NCBI GenBank assembly: GCA_964270895.1
Contig: OZ185442.1
Length of the DNA: 64,000 bases
Reading direction: 5' to 3' (one strand)
Source of the DNA: Podarcis filfolensis
Lineage: Eukaryota
Part shown: piece by piece, positions 47,001 through 58,862 of the stretch
Layout: each line of letters starts with the position of its first letter
Position numbering within the stretch: the stretch's first letter is position 1
Translations under genes and position numbers: made by a program
Notes under the pieces: generated by a model
The model's input: only the letters and a program-made list of their open reading frames with translations
What the model was told of the DNA's origin: nothing
The model's database searches: none

Positions 47001-50000
47001 GCTGCTCTGGTTCGCCAGAAGAGGCTTAGTCATGCTGGCCACATGACCCGGAAGCTGTACGCTGGCCTCCTAGGCCAGTAAAGCAAGATGAGCGCTGCAA
47101 CCCCAGAGTCGGCCACAACTGGACCTAATGGTCAGGGGTCCCTTTATCTTTATGTCTGTTTCTTAGTGAAGTGTGTTATTTATTTAAAATCCCAAAATGT
47201 GTACACACAGATACTCTGCATATATGTATGTAGATATAACACATACTCTTAACTGTGGACTCGTTCACACTTTGCTCATCCTGCACCTAGAAAGCGTGAG
47301 TCCAAGAGGTTTTTCACTTGTGCTGTGCTTCCTAGGCACAGATCTGAGTGGTTTTTTGTTTGCCTCACAGGTTTCCCTGGGAAAACACGCTATTTACTGC
47401 TAAATCAGAACAAACAGCAATCCGCAGAAAACCTGATTGCCATTTGGGCCGACTCGGCACTAAACCGTGGGTTTTCTCTGGGCAATGTGCCTGGGCAAAT
47501 GGAAGCATGAACAGGCCCAGTGTGTGGATATCAATATAGCTCCTCTTCCCAATTATATATCTCGGCACATTACACACTACTAGTTTCCAACTCTAAATAG
47601 GGATCAAGCTTCCTTGCTAGAAGGTGGTGGTAGAACAAGCCCCCCCCCCCCGCCGATACCCATTCAGCAGTAATTGTGTCCACCACAATCTGAGGGAGTC
47701 CGCTCCACTGTTGAGCAGCTCTTACCATTAAAAAGCTCTTCCTTTACTGATGGCTGCAAGAGTTGTTATAGCTAGGAAGTGGAAGTAGCAAAGTGAATAT
47801 AAAATGGAAGAATGGTATATAGAGGTGTGGGATATAGCTATTAATGATAAATTAACATGTGCTATTAAGGTAAAACAGAAAATATGCAGGAGAAATTATT
47901 CTGAGGAAATATGGAAGGTATTTGTAGAATTTGTACTGTTAAAACGGAAATGGGTCAAACCACCGCAAGAGGGGTTGAATTTTTGGGAGGGTGGATATTT
48001 AACAATGGAATGGTCTTGGGGGTGAGGTGCACATTTTTATTTTATTTTTATTTACTATTATTACTTTGTTAAATAAGTGTCTTCCTAATGTTTCTGACCT
48101 CCTTAGTCAGCAGTGAAAGTTAGCAGTCCTCCAGTGAACTGCTGCTGTTCAGACCCCAGTAACCCCAGTACTGACAAAATACCGTAATTTTCGCTCCAAA
48201 ACACGCACTTTTTTGCTCCTAGAAAGTAAGGGAAAATGCCTGTGCGTGTTATGGAGCGAATGCACGGATCGGAGCCATGGCTGCCATCAGTCAAGCAAAG
48301 CGGGAGCCGCTTACACACTCTACGAGGCTCTCGCTTTGCTTGCTTTAAAGCGACCTGGAGCCGGGGAGGAGGGAGGGAAGGAGAGTCATGGCAGCAAAGC
48401 CGGCAGCAGCCGCTTACACGGGAGGAGGGACGGAGCTAGCAAAAGTCCGTGCGCTCTCTAAACAGAGCAGTGAGGCTGCAGAGGGATGGCAGGAAAGATA
48501 AAATTTAAGCAACCAGCAGCAAAATAAAACCAACCTCGAGCTCTGAGCCAGCGCAGTGAAAACCAGGAAGTAAAAAAAAAGGCTGGGGAGGGCATGAGGG
48601 AGAGGGGGAAACTTCGCATATCCCCCTCCCCCCGCGTCTCAGCTGATCCGCGGGGACGGAGCAGCTTATTTTCAGGCAGGATAGATTTGAGCATTGTCTG
48701 GGTCCTAGTGCCCCTACCGCTTTTTTGTGCTCCATTCTATTGCTGCTGGTGGCTGCTTATCATTCAGGCTGCAAGGAGGAGCGCTTTTACACAGCTAATG
48801 GCGAATCCCCTGCAATCCAAGTCCTCCTCACTTGCTCAAATCTATTCTGCCTCAAAACAAGGAGCGGAAGGAAAAGGCTGCAAACTGTTAAATGGAAAAA
48901 AAACCCAGGCACAGGGCAAATACCTTAAGTATACCTTTAAAGCAACAGTGCTCTTCCCCCCCCCCCCCCCCGCTCAGCTCGCAGAAAAGCTCCTTCTCCA
49001 CACACCCCACGCGTGCTCCTTGTCCCTTGAGTTCTTTTCCTTCCCTCCCCACTTAAAACGTGGTTACAAAGCATGGATCCACATGGATCCTCAGGATTTT
49101 TGCACTGGGTCACCCCAAATTCACCATCAGATCACATAGCATTTCCATGGCTATAGCCTGCACCAAAAAACACACACGCACCCACTGTTGCCTGGGGCCG
49201 CAATGGCGCAAAAACGTTACAAAGCATGGATCCACATGGATCCTCAGGATTTTTGTATTGGGCTACCCCAAACTCACTGTCAGATCACATGTCTGTGGCC
49301 ACAGCATGAACCATAAAAATCATACATCCACTGTTTCGTTTAGAATATTTTTTCCTTGTTTTCCTCCTCTAAAAACTACATGCGTGTTATGGTCAGATGC
49401 GTGTTATAGAGCGAAAAATACGGTAAGTTTTACTCAGTTCTTTTTTCTTTAAAAAATGTTTATGGGTACTCTCATTTTCCTACTCATATTGAAACACTGC
49501 CCCCTCAATGAGACCAAACTTAGATTCACAAAATGTTTAGGGGTTTGCGTACCCCTGCATACCCCCAGAAAAAAAGAACTGGTTTTACTGGCTGCCGCAG
49601 TCAAGTGTAATTCTATAGTGCTAAAGGAAAGCAAGTAGCCCACAAGCTTCTGTGAAATATGCACCTCCACTATTTTATCAAATGGTCCATTAAACAAACT
49701 TTAATAAAATGAGGTCTACCGTATTTTAGTAGACGGCAAGAGACTGAACTGACCCCAGAGGGACTCATCAGGTAAGGGTGGAACTGGGCAATTCCATGAA
49801 AAAGTCAAGTTACAGAACCATTTTTCATTTCCATATATAGTTATGGTGTTCTGTATCCCTGTAAAAATAATTTCCCAGTTTCATTATCTGAAAACAGTTT
49901 TTCCAAGTAGCATCCAGCTGCATGGGACACAAGGTGACCCAGAATGTCTCTATTTCCCCATCTAATCTTCAGTTAAAGACCTCTCCAAGTAAATAGACAA

Positions 50001-53000
50001 TAGGCTCATAATCCTTTATTGTATTGACAGTTTTGCTTTCCCATTTGGTAAACTGAGAAGAAAATTTGTGTTAGGAACACAGTCAGATGAGTTTAGGACA
50101 ATAAAACCTAGTTGGTTGAGTGGCTTACGTTGGTCAGAAAAACACATGCTCTCCCCCCACCACCACCAAATGAAAATAAAAGTGATGTTCTGGTTTAACT
50201 TTATTCTCTTCTTTGATTTCATTAGCATCAGGATGTGATGCTCCCTGAAATGTGTTTTACATGCAAAGTTCTTGTGATCAACATTACTCCATAATGTGCA
50301 ACTTACATAGCATATATGTTTATGTGTGTGATTTAACTCCCAATTCATACTTGCCTAACATCTCATGTTATGTAAGACAACAGATGTGTGTGGCAGGGGC
50401 CAGTTTGACATAGCTTCTCCAAAAGGGAGAAGTTTGGGGTGAAGGCTGTAAAGGGTCTTCTAGGCACAGGAAGAGCTTTTAAACCCCATGTCACTGTCCT
50501 AGATTATCCCTGCTCTTCCTCCTTAAGCAGGTAGAGAACTTGGGAAACTTTTGACCATGGCTTGCCATGCCGTACAGATTCAAAACTGGGGCTAACAAGC
50601 AAGTTTCAGAAACCACAGTTTCAAAGGTGGCTTGTTTGAAATTAGGACTACTTAATGTTAACCACAGTTTATTGATTCAGACAAAACACACTGCAGTTGA
50701 CTAGAAGCAAATGCTTTTAAGTCCTCCTGCGATCATGGAAGAGGCTGGAGAGGATGATAGGTTCATTTACATCTTACCAATCCGTAGTTTAGTGAGGCAG
50801 TGGGAAACCTCCAGCATGTTCAGCCTAATTAGACCCACATCATCAGGGCGCACTGGGCAAATCCCACCCAACTTTTCAAGGCCTATCATCATGTATGACA
50901 TCAAGTATGGAAAAGTTCAAGCCATGGCCAAAAAGAAGAACTGGGAATGCACATCAAGTGTACTCCTAATTCTTTTCTTTAAAGTCGAGTCACCCAGTGT
51001 TGTGGTGACATCAGGTTACTGGCGAGTGCAAGAGCACAACATCCAGTCTGCTGGCCGGATCCTCTTAAACACCCACAGTTTACTGGGATGTCCAAGTGCA
51101 GTATGAGGGAGATCAACTCAGTCCCAAGTAGGATTAAACATTTGTCAACACATCATATTTGTGTGCTTGTGGACATATATGTATCTAGAGCAAAACAGTG
51201 CATTTTAAACTTTTTTTTAAAAAAGTACCGTTAAAACGGTTTTGCAAAAGGACAGCATTCTATGTTAGTCATGGAGCAGACCGACATAAATCATTGTGTT
51301 TACATAAGTAAAGTCTGTTGGTTTCAATGGGTCTAAGTATGACTTAGCTGAGCACCACCCAATGTTTCAGAATTTACATTTAATGTATTTTTTACTTTTA
51401 TGGAATACAGTTATCCATATTGAGAATGATAAAACCAGACCATGAACCAGTTCTCAGTTAGAATTTGCTCAAGATGCAGGCAGGATTTTTTCTCTTTTAA
51501 ATTCACAAACAAGAGTGGTCTGAAAGGAGGGAAGAGAATGAACCAAGGAAAGTACCCCGGCTCACTTTCTCTCTTTCCATCATTACTCCCAACACAGAGT
51601 TAAAACATCCACCCTGAAAATATGATTTAAAAATTATCACCCACAAATTTAACTACTGATTCTAAAGTCTGGGTTGAGACATTTAGTGGGTAATTTTATA
51701 GAAAAGTCCTGCAGATTTGAGCACCGCCACACTTAGAGGCATTCAAGACGTATATCCCATGTTCAGAGGTCAGGTGAAACTAGTTAAATCCTACTAATTT
51801 CTGCTTCCAACAAAAACAAAAACAACCCCCCAACCCCGCCCCCCCAGCAAACATTATATTTTCTCCATATCAGGCAATGACCATTGACACACTTCATTAT
51901 CTGTAATCAGAATAAACTAGCAGCACTTTTAAGTTATAAGATAAATGAAACAGCGGCCAGTAACGTGCAAAAACTAATTTTTACAGCCATCAAGAAATGC
52001 TTCACAAGCTATTAAAATGTAGCAAGTGAAAGTATAACTGATTGGAAATTAAAATCACCATGGAAAAATAACCTTTGTGCATACCCTCCAACATTTCTCC
52101 AGTGAAAATAGGGACATCCTAAGGAAAAGTGGGACATTCCAGGATCAAATCAGAAACCAGGGCAGCTTCTCTAAAGCTGGGACGTCCCTGGAAAATAGGG
52201 ACAATTGGGGGGGTCTGTCTGTGTGCTGCACTGATCCTCACAGCTTCCCCTTGCCCAACATGGTGTCCTCCTGATATTGCTGGGCCCCAGCTTCCAGTGA
52301 GCCAGGGTGGTTTAGTGGTTAAGTTAAAGTCTCAGACTAGGACCTGGGAGACCAAGGTTTAAATCTCCCACAAAGCTCACTGGGTGACTTTGGGCCAGTC
52401 ACTGCCACTCAGTCTAGCCTACCTCACACAGTTGTTGTGGGGTTAGATGAGGAGGGAGAGAACAGTGTATGTCACACTGAGCTCCTTGGCAGTATGACCA
52501 ATGGTCACAGATTATCAGGCAGCCAAAGAAGGTATTTGGAAGGCACCAGGTTGAGAAAGGCGGGAAGGCCCATTGCCTTCCTATGCAAGATGACAGCTAT
52601 GAACAAACAGTTGTGAAATAAACAAACAGGTGATCAAAAGAGCTCCAGGAACAACTTGATAGGGGAAGGCAGCTACAATTTCATGCAAACAGTAGGGATG
52701 GGCAAATCTGACAAATGTCAATTTCTCATTTAGTTTTTTGCATCAGTTTGCAATTTGTTGGCATTTCAGTGCAAGTTTCTCCTAGTATGCACATTTTTGC
52801 AAAACAATGTTCCTTAATATTTGTATATTAATTATTATTTGTGTAATTATTTTAACTAATATATACATTCTTGTGTGCACTTTACCAATTTTTTGCAAAC
52901 ATTCCTTGGCTGGAGAATTTCATTGCAAAATTTGGAGAATTATGAATTTGAAGGATGGCCATGTCTTGGTTCACATATTGTTTAGGAAAGTGAGAATGAG

Positions 53001-53710
53001 TTTAAGCTCACCTTTAAATGTGAACCAAATTGAATTTCTCCCCCCTCACCAGTAGACAAGCAACTGATGCAGAATGAAGTGCTGGGGTTCTGGCCCACAG
53101 ATTGTAGGTGGGGAGTTGCATTTCCAAGTGCTCCCCAGTGGGGAAAGCTCTTCACAGACAACAAATGAGCACATCAAGCTTAGCACACAGCCTTCTCCCT
53201 CAGAGGTAGAGTTTTCTCCCCAATATACTAAGCTTATTACATTCAGGAAACTTATGCTGGGAACATGGAACAAACCAGCTTGACACTCCAGCCCACCTAC
53301 AGTCTGAAGCACTGTAGCCCAGAATTCCATCATCTCAAGTCTGTCTGATGCACAAACTAGACCTCACATTTGAGTAACCCCCACTGAACTCAACACGGCA
53401 TAGAAGTAAACATGCATAAGACTGGTTAGGTTAGGTACCTGAAAAATACCAGTTGTACACATCACTCTCGGAGACCACTGCGTGGTTTCTGGCTAACGAA
53501 GCCCCTGTAAGTTGTGCATGACACACAGTGTCCTACAAGGGCTTGTCAAACACCAAACTAGCAGCTCCCAACATTAGTTGTACTCACAATACTCCAGCAG
53601 ATGAGATGGTTGGTCTCAGGATCTTCTACCAATGTCCACAGCTTGGTGAGGAACGCTGGTACGTTGCTGGGGTAGCCATCCATAGCCAAGGAAGTGGATG
53701 AGTCCTGCAT
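34574..53710 (-). CDS. HSF4: Heat shock factor 4 (HSF4b-type); 11 well-supported coding exons plus 2 tentative 3' exons, about 468 aa
   Basis: DNA-binding domain [15 protein letters not shown]...[53 protein letters not shown]; exon sizes 123/109/128/125/76/65/100/125/228/106/66 follow the recalled human structure; downstream of FBXL8 on the same strand as in human. Confidence 0.95.
35862..35943 (-). CDS. HSF4: HSF4 tentative coding exon 12
   Basis: cacag|[30 protein letters not shown], phase 0-1; weak donor GTACTG. Confidence 0.55.
36438..36577. mobile_element. Small hAT-type MITE
   Basis: TIRs catgggcatagcc / ggctatgcccagg; imperfect TSD ccttagaa / ctctagaa. Confidence 0.7.
36783..36848 (-). 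CDS. HSF4: HSF4 coding exon 11
   Basis: 66 nt, [22 protein letters not shown], similar to recalled human [22 protein letters not shown]. Confidence 0.9.
36965..37449 (+). mobile_element. Solo LTR, antisense within HSF4 intron 10
   Basis: Starts TGTCAAG, ends ...ggcatcaaa; perfect 5-bp TSD CTGTA at 36960..36964 and 37450..37454; AATAAA at 37328..37333. Confidence 0.75.
38165..38270 (-). CDS. HSF4: HSF4 coding exon 10
   Basis: 106 nt, [21 protein letters not shown]...ASPLD. Confidence 0.9.
38513..38649. mobile_element. hAT-type palindromic MITE (same family as 7787 and 15497)
   Basis: ggggagcctgtggccctc / gagggccacacactcccc inverted ends. Confidence 0.75.
38838..39065 (-). CDS. HSF4: HSF4 coding exon 9
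   Basis: 228 nt, [14 protein letters not shown]...[15 protein letters not shown]. Confidence 0.94.
39228..39452 (+). mobile_element. MIR-like/CORE-type SINE
   Basis: tRNA-like head gtggttagagtgttggac...gggttcaaatc, core cctacctcacagggctgttgt, A-rich tail. Confidence 0.7.
39630..39720 (-). mobile_element. CR1 LINE 3'-end fragment
   Basis: atagaatc...gagttggaagggatcc...tctagtccaacccc; a similar fragment lies at about 43468..43540. Confidence 0.6.
39922..40046 (-). CDS. HSF4: HSF4 coding exon 8
   Basis: [25 protein letters not shown]... Confidence 0.93.
40518..40712 (+). mobile_element. Squam3-like SINE, degenerate
   Basis: gtcccaggttcacttcctggcatctc...aatactgagcaagat...ctgactcag. Confidence 0.7.
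40829..40928 (-). CDS. HSF4: HSF4 coding exon 7
   Basis: [16 protein letters not shown]...DSYFIQS. Confidence 0.93.
41844..41908 (-). CDS. HSF4: HSF4 coding exon 6
   Basis: [21 protein letters not shown]. Confidence 0.95.
42010..42192 (+). mobile_element. Squam3-like SINE
   Basis: gcatctgctttgcatg...ggttcaatccc...gagctagatgga...gtaaggcaactt. Confidence 0.75.
42538..42587. repeat. (GT)25 microsatellite
   Basis: Pure dinucleotide run. Confidence 0.95.
42935..43010 (-). CDS. HSF4: HSF4 coding exon 5
   Basis: [25 protein letters not shown]. Confidence 0.96.
43563..43687 (-). CDS. HSF4: HSF4 coding exon 4
   Basis: [31 protein letters not shown]...DMK. Confidence 0.95.
44025..44063. repeat. 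(AAC)13 microsatellite
   Basis: Pure trinucleotide run followed by (AAT)n. Confidence 0.95.
44381..44714 (+). mobile_element. Sauria SINE with internal deletion
   Basis: gggacgtgggtggcgctgtgggttaaacc head through ccctttaccttta tail. Confidence 0.92.
44828..44955 (-). CDS. HSF4: HSF4 coding exon 3
   Basis: (Y)[25 protein letters not shown]...HIKRK. Confidence 0.97.
45751..45859 (-). CDS. HSF4: HSF4 coding exon 2
   Basis: [36 protein letters not shown]. Confidence 0.97.
46858..47152 (+). mobile_element. Sauria SINE, 5'-truncated
   Basis: gcggttcgaatcccc...ggtcaggggtccctttatcttta. Confidence 0.9.
47790..48075 (+). mobile_element. 5'-truncated L1 (LINE-1) fragment, ORF2 C-terminus plus 3' UTR
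   Basis: ORF 47804..48025 [15 protein letters not shown]...[10 protein letters not shown] fits the W...(E/D)KLT...W..F C-terminal pattern of non-mammalian L1 ORF2, followed by a T-rich UTR. Confidence 0.65.
48182..49423. mobile_element. Non-autonomous Tc1/mariner-pogo-type DNA transposon, about 1.24 kb
   Basis: TIRs ccgtaattttcgctccaaaacacgca / tgcgtgttatagagcgaaaaatacgg, TA on both flanks; no recognisable transposase. Confidence 0.85.
52080..52217. mobile_element. hAT-type MITE with GGGAC subterminal repeats
   Basis: cataccctccaa / ttgggggggtctg ends; repeated gggaca motifs; TSD imperfect. Confidence 0.6.
52296..52485 (+). mobile_element. MIR-like/CORE-type SINE
   Basis: ctgggtgactttgggccagtcac...gcctacctcaca...gttgttgtg. 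Confidence 0.7.
53588..53710 (-). CDS. HSF4: HSF4 coding exon 1
   Basis: [41 protein letters not shown], donor GTGAGT; likely acceptor at 53781..53782. Confidence 0.96.
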
Positions 53711-56055
53711 AGTTTTTTGTGGCGCTCTGACTACACTAGTGCCATGATCTCTTGCCCCACAGCAAAGCTCCCTTTCCTTTCTGTGCGTGTGTCAGAGGGA
53801 GAAACAAAACCATTTAGCGATCCAGGCAGAGCCGAGAAAACATCCTCCTCCCACAAAAATCACATCAGCAATGCTGCTGGCTCTCTCCCAAGCCCAGCAC
53901 AATGGGCAGGCATGGCCAACCCTCGGGATGAACAATGCACAGAATGAAAACGCACCGCTATTTGCATTGCACAATGCCGTGAATAAAGATGCAGCATCAT
54001 GGAAAGAGAATACACTTGCTTGCACAAACACAGTAGGCCAGGAGGTCAGCAAAAGCCCTGGAAAGGGCCAAGGGTGGCTCTTTCGCCTTCCCCATGGCAC
54101 AACTTGGAGGAAGCGATAGTGGAAGCAGACCTACCTGAAGGCCACCTTAAGTTTTATTTCATTTGTTCTTTCAGCTTCTAGGCTGCTTTTCTTGTAGTTT
54201 CCAGGAGGACAAACACAGCAAGGAGAATTCCAACAGTAAGGAAAATGTTTCAAAGTATTTATTACAATAGAGACAATTCACAGTAGCAGAATTGAAGGTG
54301 TGCCACCTGGAGACTAGTGTCACTAAGCAGAGTGACTGACAGTTGAGGCAGTGAACAACATCCCTGTAAGTGCCTCAGAGCCCACCCTCTGAATCTGATG
54401 CCCCTGCTCACAAGCAGCTCTTCCTCCATCCAGCCATCAGCTAAGGGCTCATCCACACTTACCGTTCCTCTGCTCTTTCCAGGCACATTATGTGATTTAA
54501 AGCTCCATGTCTGAGCGCCCCCCCCTTTGTTGCTCCAGAACTCTCCTTGTAAAAACCTGCTCTTTAAAGCTCAATCAGAGTAAACATCAATCTGCGGAAA
54601 ACCCGAATTGAAGTTTACTCCGATTCAGTTCTAAAGAGTGGGTTTTCGCGGGAAAAGCTCAGGGCAAAAGGTAAATGTGGATAGGCCCTAATTGACTGCA
54701 GGAACCTTGGACTCAGCTGGTTTCAGAGCCATGATCTGCAAATACAAGAGCCCTAAGCAGATGTCCCAAACTCCCAGTTACACACAGAAGGCAGAGAGAT
54801 GGGAAGAACTCAATGACTGTGTTATTCCCACCTATCTTCCATAGTGGGAACTGATGCATGTAATTCCATCCAGAAATGATGTCCAAAGCTTGGGTGTATG
54901 GACACCATTTCTGGATGGAGATACATGCATCAGTTCCCACTAGAAAGTAACGTGCACCCACGTCTGCTGCCACAGCAGAAATTCAAAAAGTGCCATTTGC
55001 CCATACCCCCATCTTTATGGGAGAGCTGCATCTATAGGATTTCAGCCTGTGATGCTGCCATTCCAGGCAGCCATCCTCTTGACAAGGAAGATAATTGGCA
55101 CCCTAACCAGGTAGACCTCAAAATTCTCAGAAACTGAAATAGTGACCTGACACTTTGACTATCCGGGATCAGAGACACTCCTGAAGATAAGTCAGATCTC
55201 CAGATCAGAGCTGCAGTCTTTGGATAGCATACTTCTAAACCCTGGGTTGCATGTAGCTCAGTTCTACCTCAAAGCAGACCCATTAAATTACAGGACTCCA
55301 TTTAGTCACATCCATTAATTTTGATGTGTCTACTCTGGAATAGAACTTAGCTGCATACAAAATGAGTTCTGCTAAAAACCGATGGTAGGGGAGTTTGGAA
55401 TGGTATTGCCACCAGAGTTCAGAAAGTGACTGACATACAGTGAATGAAGAACATGTTTCCTTCTTGGCAAGGCTTTAAAAAATACAACAAAGCTTAAAAG
55501 TAACTAACACGAACAGACCTTTTACAAACCTCTGTAAGTCAACTGTAGGACAAAAGAGCTCCTGCTCATTTCTGCCCCTTGAACCATCACACCACCTTGG
55601 ACTTACTATGGTTGAGAATATATACTGCAAAATAAAGTTAGGTTCTTACCAAAACAGAATATCAAGTAAAGTGTTTAAAATTGTTTTATGTGCAGATCTT
55701 GGTGAACTGTGATAAATGCTATCTGTGATGTCCGAGTTGCAGGGGGGATACTAAAATCTGCAGTTGTATAAAATTTAAAATATACTGTATCCAGGAGACT
55801 AAGAGAGACTTCAGTGTTATTCACACTGATTTCAAGTAATATGCTTTTATCTTCAACTCTAGGTTGGGCTTGTGGGTTTAAAATTTATAGCTACCCATAG
55901 GACTGACTCCTGCCCTGCCTATCTGTGTCCATATTGTGGCTCTGGAACAGGAGACTCAGTGGAAACAGTAACCGAGTACTTTTATGCTGTTTATGCCAAA
56001 TAATGTTGCTGCTCTTTCAGGGCACAAGTGTGCATGAACTCTCATTTTGGTCAAA

Positions 56056-57031
56056 TCACGGAACGACTGCTGGTGGAATATCAAAAGAGAACTTCTGTGC
56101 TGACAGGGTGTATTTTTTCAAACCTGGGCAGTGTAAAATAAAAGCTTCTACCACTGCTTCGCTAACTGCAGAGTAACAGTGAACCTCTTTCAGATGCACA
56201 CACTTTCCTGCCAGTTCTATTAGTGAAGCGTTGAGGTCAGCAGAGGGGGCGTTGTAAAGGACCAGCCTCTCCAAAGTCCTGCTGTAGGTGCTGGCAATGA
56301 ACTTAACCTGATCAGCCATGTGCAGAGGTGTGTCAAAATGCAAAGCGGCCACGGGGATGGTTGGCTTCAGTACCACAAGCATCTTCCTTATAGGGACTGT
56401 TGGAGCAAACTCCAGCCTCACGCGGAACTGTGGGTGCTTCTCACTCACCATAGCCCAAAGCTCTTTGGGAATGTTGACGTCCAGGCCTTCATAGAAAAGG
56501 TCCAGAAACCGGAACGGCCCTCTGTTCGGTTTCAGCAGTTCCCAAAACATCTTCTCAGATAAGCTGGCATAGCAGACCCCCAAGGCAGATAACTTAGGGC
56601 AGGTCCTCAGAACATCAGAGATGGTGTCTGGCTTGAGAATCATTGGACCAGGTGCTTGGTTGTTGATGAACAAGGTGTGCAGGTTTGGGCTGCTGGATGC
56701 AATCATCTGAACAGTCCCATTGTCCAGAGTGAAAGGCATTTGCCGGAAGTCAATATACTGGAGAGCAATCCCATTCCTGCTCTGGCAGATACTCCGGATG
56801 CTATGCAGGACATCTTGGCCGGAATAGAAATAGGGGCTTATTCCCAGGCATACAATACAGAGCCCCTGCAACCTGCAGCTCCGACAGGCCAACGTGTCCA
56901 AGATGCCTGTGGCTTGTCTCCGGTTCAGGTCCAGGGACTGCTCAACCACCAACTGCAGGTGTCTGATGAGGCCTAGGAACGGCTGTAACCACTGCAACAG
57001 GCACTCGTCGTCCTCATCCTCTGTGTCAAAA
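56056..57031 (-). CDS. FBXL8: FBXL8 large coding exon (LRRs)
   Basis: Acceptor ctcttgtttcag, 976 nt open to TGA. Confidence 0.95.
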
Positions 57032-58574
57032 CTGAAACAAGAGGTTGGGGAGAAGCCGTGAACTCCTGCAGTGCTGAATTTGAGTTGCAGCAGATGAACA
57101 CTTCTACTATGTTCTCTGGAACACTAATTTGTATTTCTTCTAGATCTAGGAGCAAGTTAGACAACTCTACAGCTGTAGCATCACCCCCTGGCAACCTTTT
57201 ATTTAACTATGCTTAATAGCTTTTCTTCCAAGGAGCTTGAGGCAATATCCATGCTTCTTCCCCGCCCCCTTCAATTTACCCTCAGAACAACCCTGTGAGG
57301 TGGGTTCTGCTGAGAGATATCGTGACTGTCCCAAGGTCAGCCTGTAAGCATAATACTTTGACCAACTATTAAGTCTGAGCTTTAACCGTTTTCAGGTATA
57401 CTTTGTGCCTCCCCCCCCCCCCCCCATTTTAGAGGGAGAAATGTACACTTAACGCTAATTTGGATTTTTCTAGTTATAAACAGTGTGGCTTGGAACATGT
57501 TTCAGCTTTCCAGGTTTAGAATGAGTCAGGGAGGACCGACTATCATTGTATTATAACCAGACACCTCTAGCAAATAGAGTTTGCACATGCTGTGAGCAAA
57601 AATAAATGCTTGTTTGTGGACACTACTGCAAATGTGCACTCAAAACCATGCAGGAAATGGAACCCACCAGTTACAACATGCTCTCCATGCAGCTTGATTT
57701 AATCCTGCACTAGGACACTGTCCTCTATTATGACACACACCGTGTTTTTACTGCAAGGTGCAAAAAAAAATTTCATAAACAATTTTTGTACTTTTCAATT
57801 AATTTGGGACCTTTGCCAAATTCCTAGGATCTGGCTTTCCAGGAAGTACTCTCACCATTTCAATACACCTGTGAAGGTGTCCCAATGTCTTTCATTACAC
57901 CCACAGCAAGTGTCAGGGACTGGCAGGCCGCCGCCAAGTGCTCCCTGGGAGCAGGTGGGCTGGAGTCTGGCACAGGAGAGGGGGCCACTGGTATATGGGA
58001 ACATGCATCAGCCAGGAGGCAAGAATCAGAGGCAGGGGAAGCTTAGAAGCTGGAGGGTGGAGCACAGGATGGGTCAGAAGTAGAGGGGGCAAGAGGCAGG
58101 TCAGGCAAGCGCAAGGGCCAGGTGCTTCCCACCCTCTCATGCACCACTGTCCCCCAGAACTAGGAGGGAATTGAAAAGCAATGAGCAGAGGAAGTTTCCA
58201 CACAGGCGCAGTCTCCATACATGCAGCCTGTCAGAGGAAGGCACATAAACTGGTAGAGGGGGAGTGCCCCCCCCCGCCGTTGCTGCAAGCACTAACCTGG
58301 GAATAGCTGCCTAGATGCTAAATTGGAGTGCGTAGATATCCAGAGCTGTAGAAGCGCCTGTATTATTTTTGACAGATAACTACAGTATCTGATGTGTGCA
58401 TTCCTTGGCTGGGAAGCGCCCTTGACAGCAAGAAGGGGAGACTGGGGGCAGGGCGGGGCGTTCCTGTGGCGTTCCAGATGTTGTTTGGCTACAACTCCCA
58501 GCACCCTTAACGGCTGACCGTGCTAACTGGTGCCTGATGAAAACTACATCTTCATCAACATCAACATCAACAAC

Positions 58575-58620
<46 letters not shown>

Positions 58621-58862
58621 TTGTTAGCAGGAAAGGTCAATAACGTACATGTTCCTTTTTGACTCTACAAGCAACCAGCCACAAATGCTGCCTCTTACCC
58701 GATTTCTGTAAAATCCCAAACAGAACTGGAATGCATTTCTGAGGCCCAGCGCTCACACACATGCACAACGCTGTATCTGTCTCTGGCAGGCAAGAAGGAA
58801 AATATGTGGGCCAGAATTTCCCCTGGGATACAGTTCCAAAGGACTTTTGCCAGCTTAGGCAT
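56056..58862 (-). CDS. FBXL8: F-box/LRR-repeat protein 8, 379 aa: join(58699..58862, 56056..57031)
   Basis: F-box IPGEILAHIFSFLPARDRYSVVHVCERW; large exon with GQDVLHSI, FTLDNG, PVAAL, LNASLIELA, LKEVHC, FILHCPGLKKYTL matching recalled FBXL8; phase-2 intron; synteny with HSF4. Confidence 0.93.
58579..58618. repeat. (AC)20 microsatellite
   Basis: Pure dinucleotide run. Confidence 0.95.
58699..58862 (-). CDS. FBXL8: FBXL8 F-box coding exon (exon 58699..58907)
   Basis: MPKLAKVLWNCIPGEILAHIF...VWDFTEI, donor GG|GTAAG. Confidence 0.93.

Noticed and set aside
48594-49139. 181-aa ORF inside the pogo-like element
   Set aside because: No DDE/DDD or HTH features; CTG start
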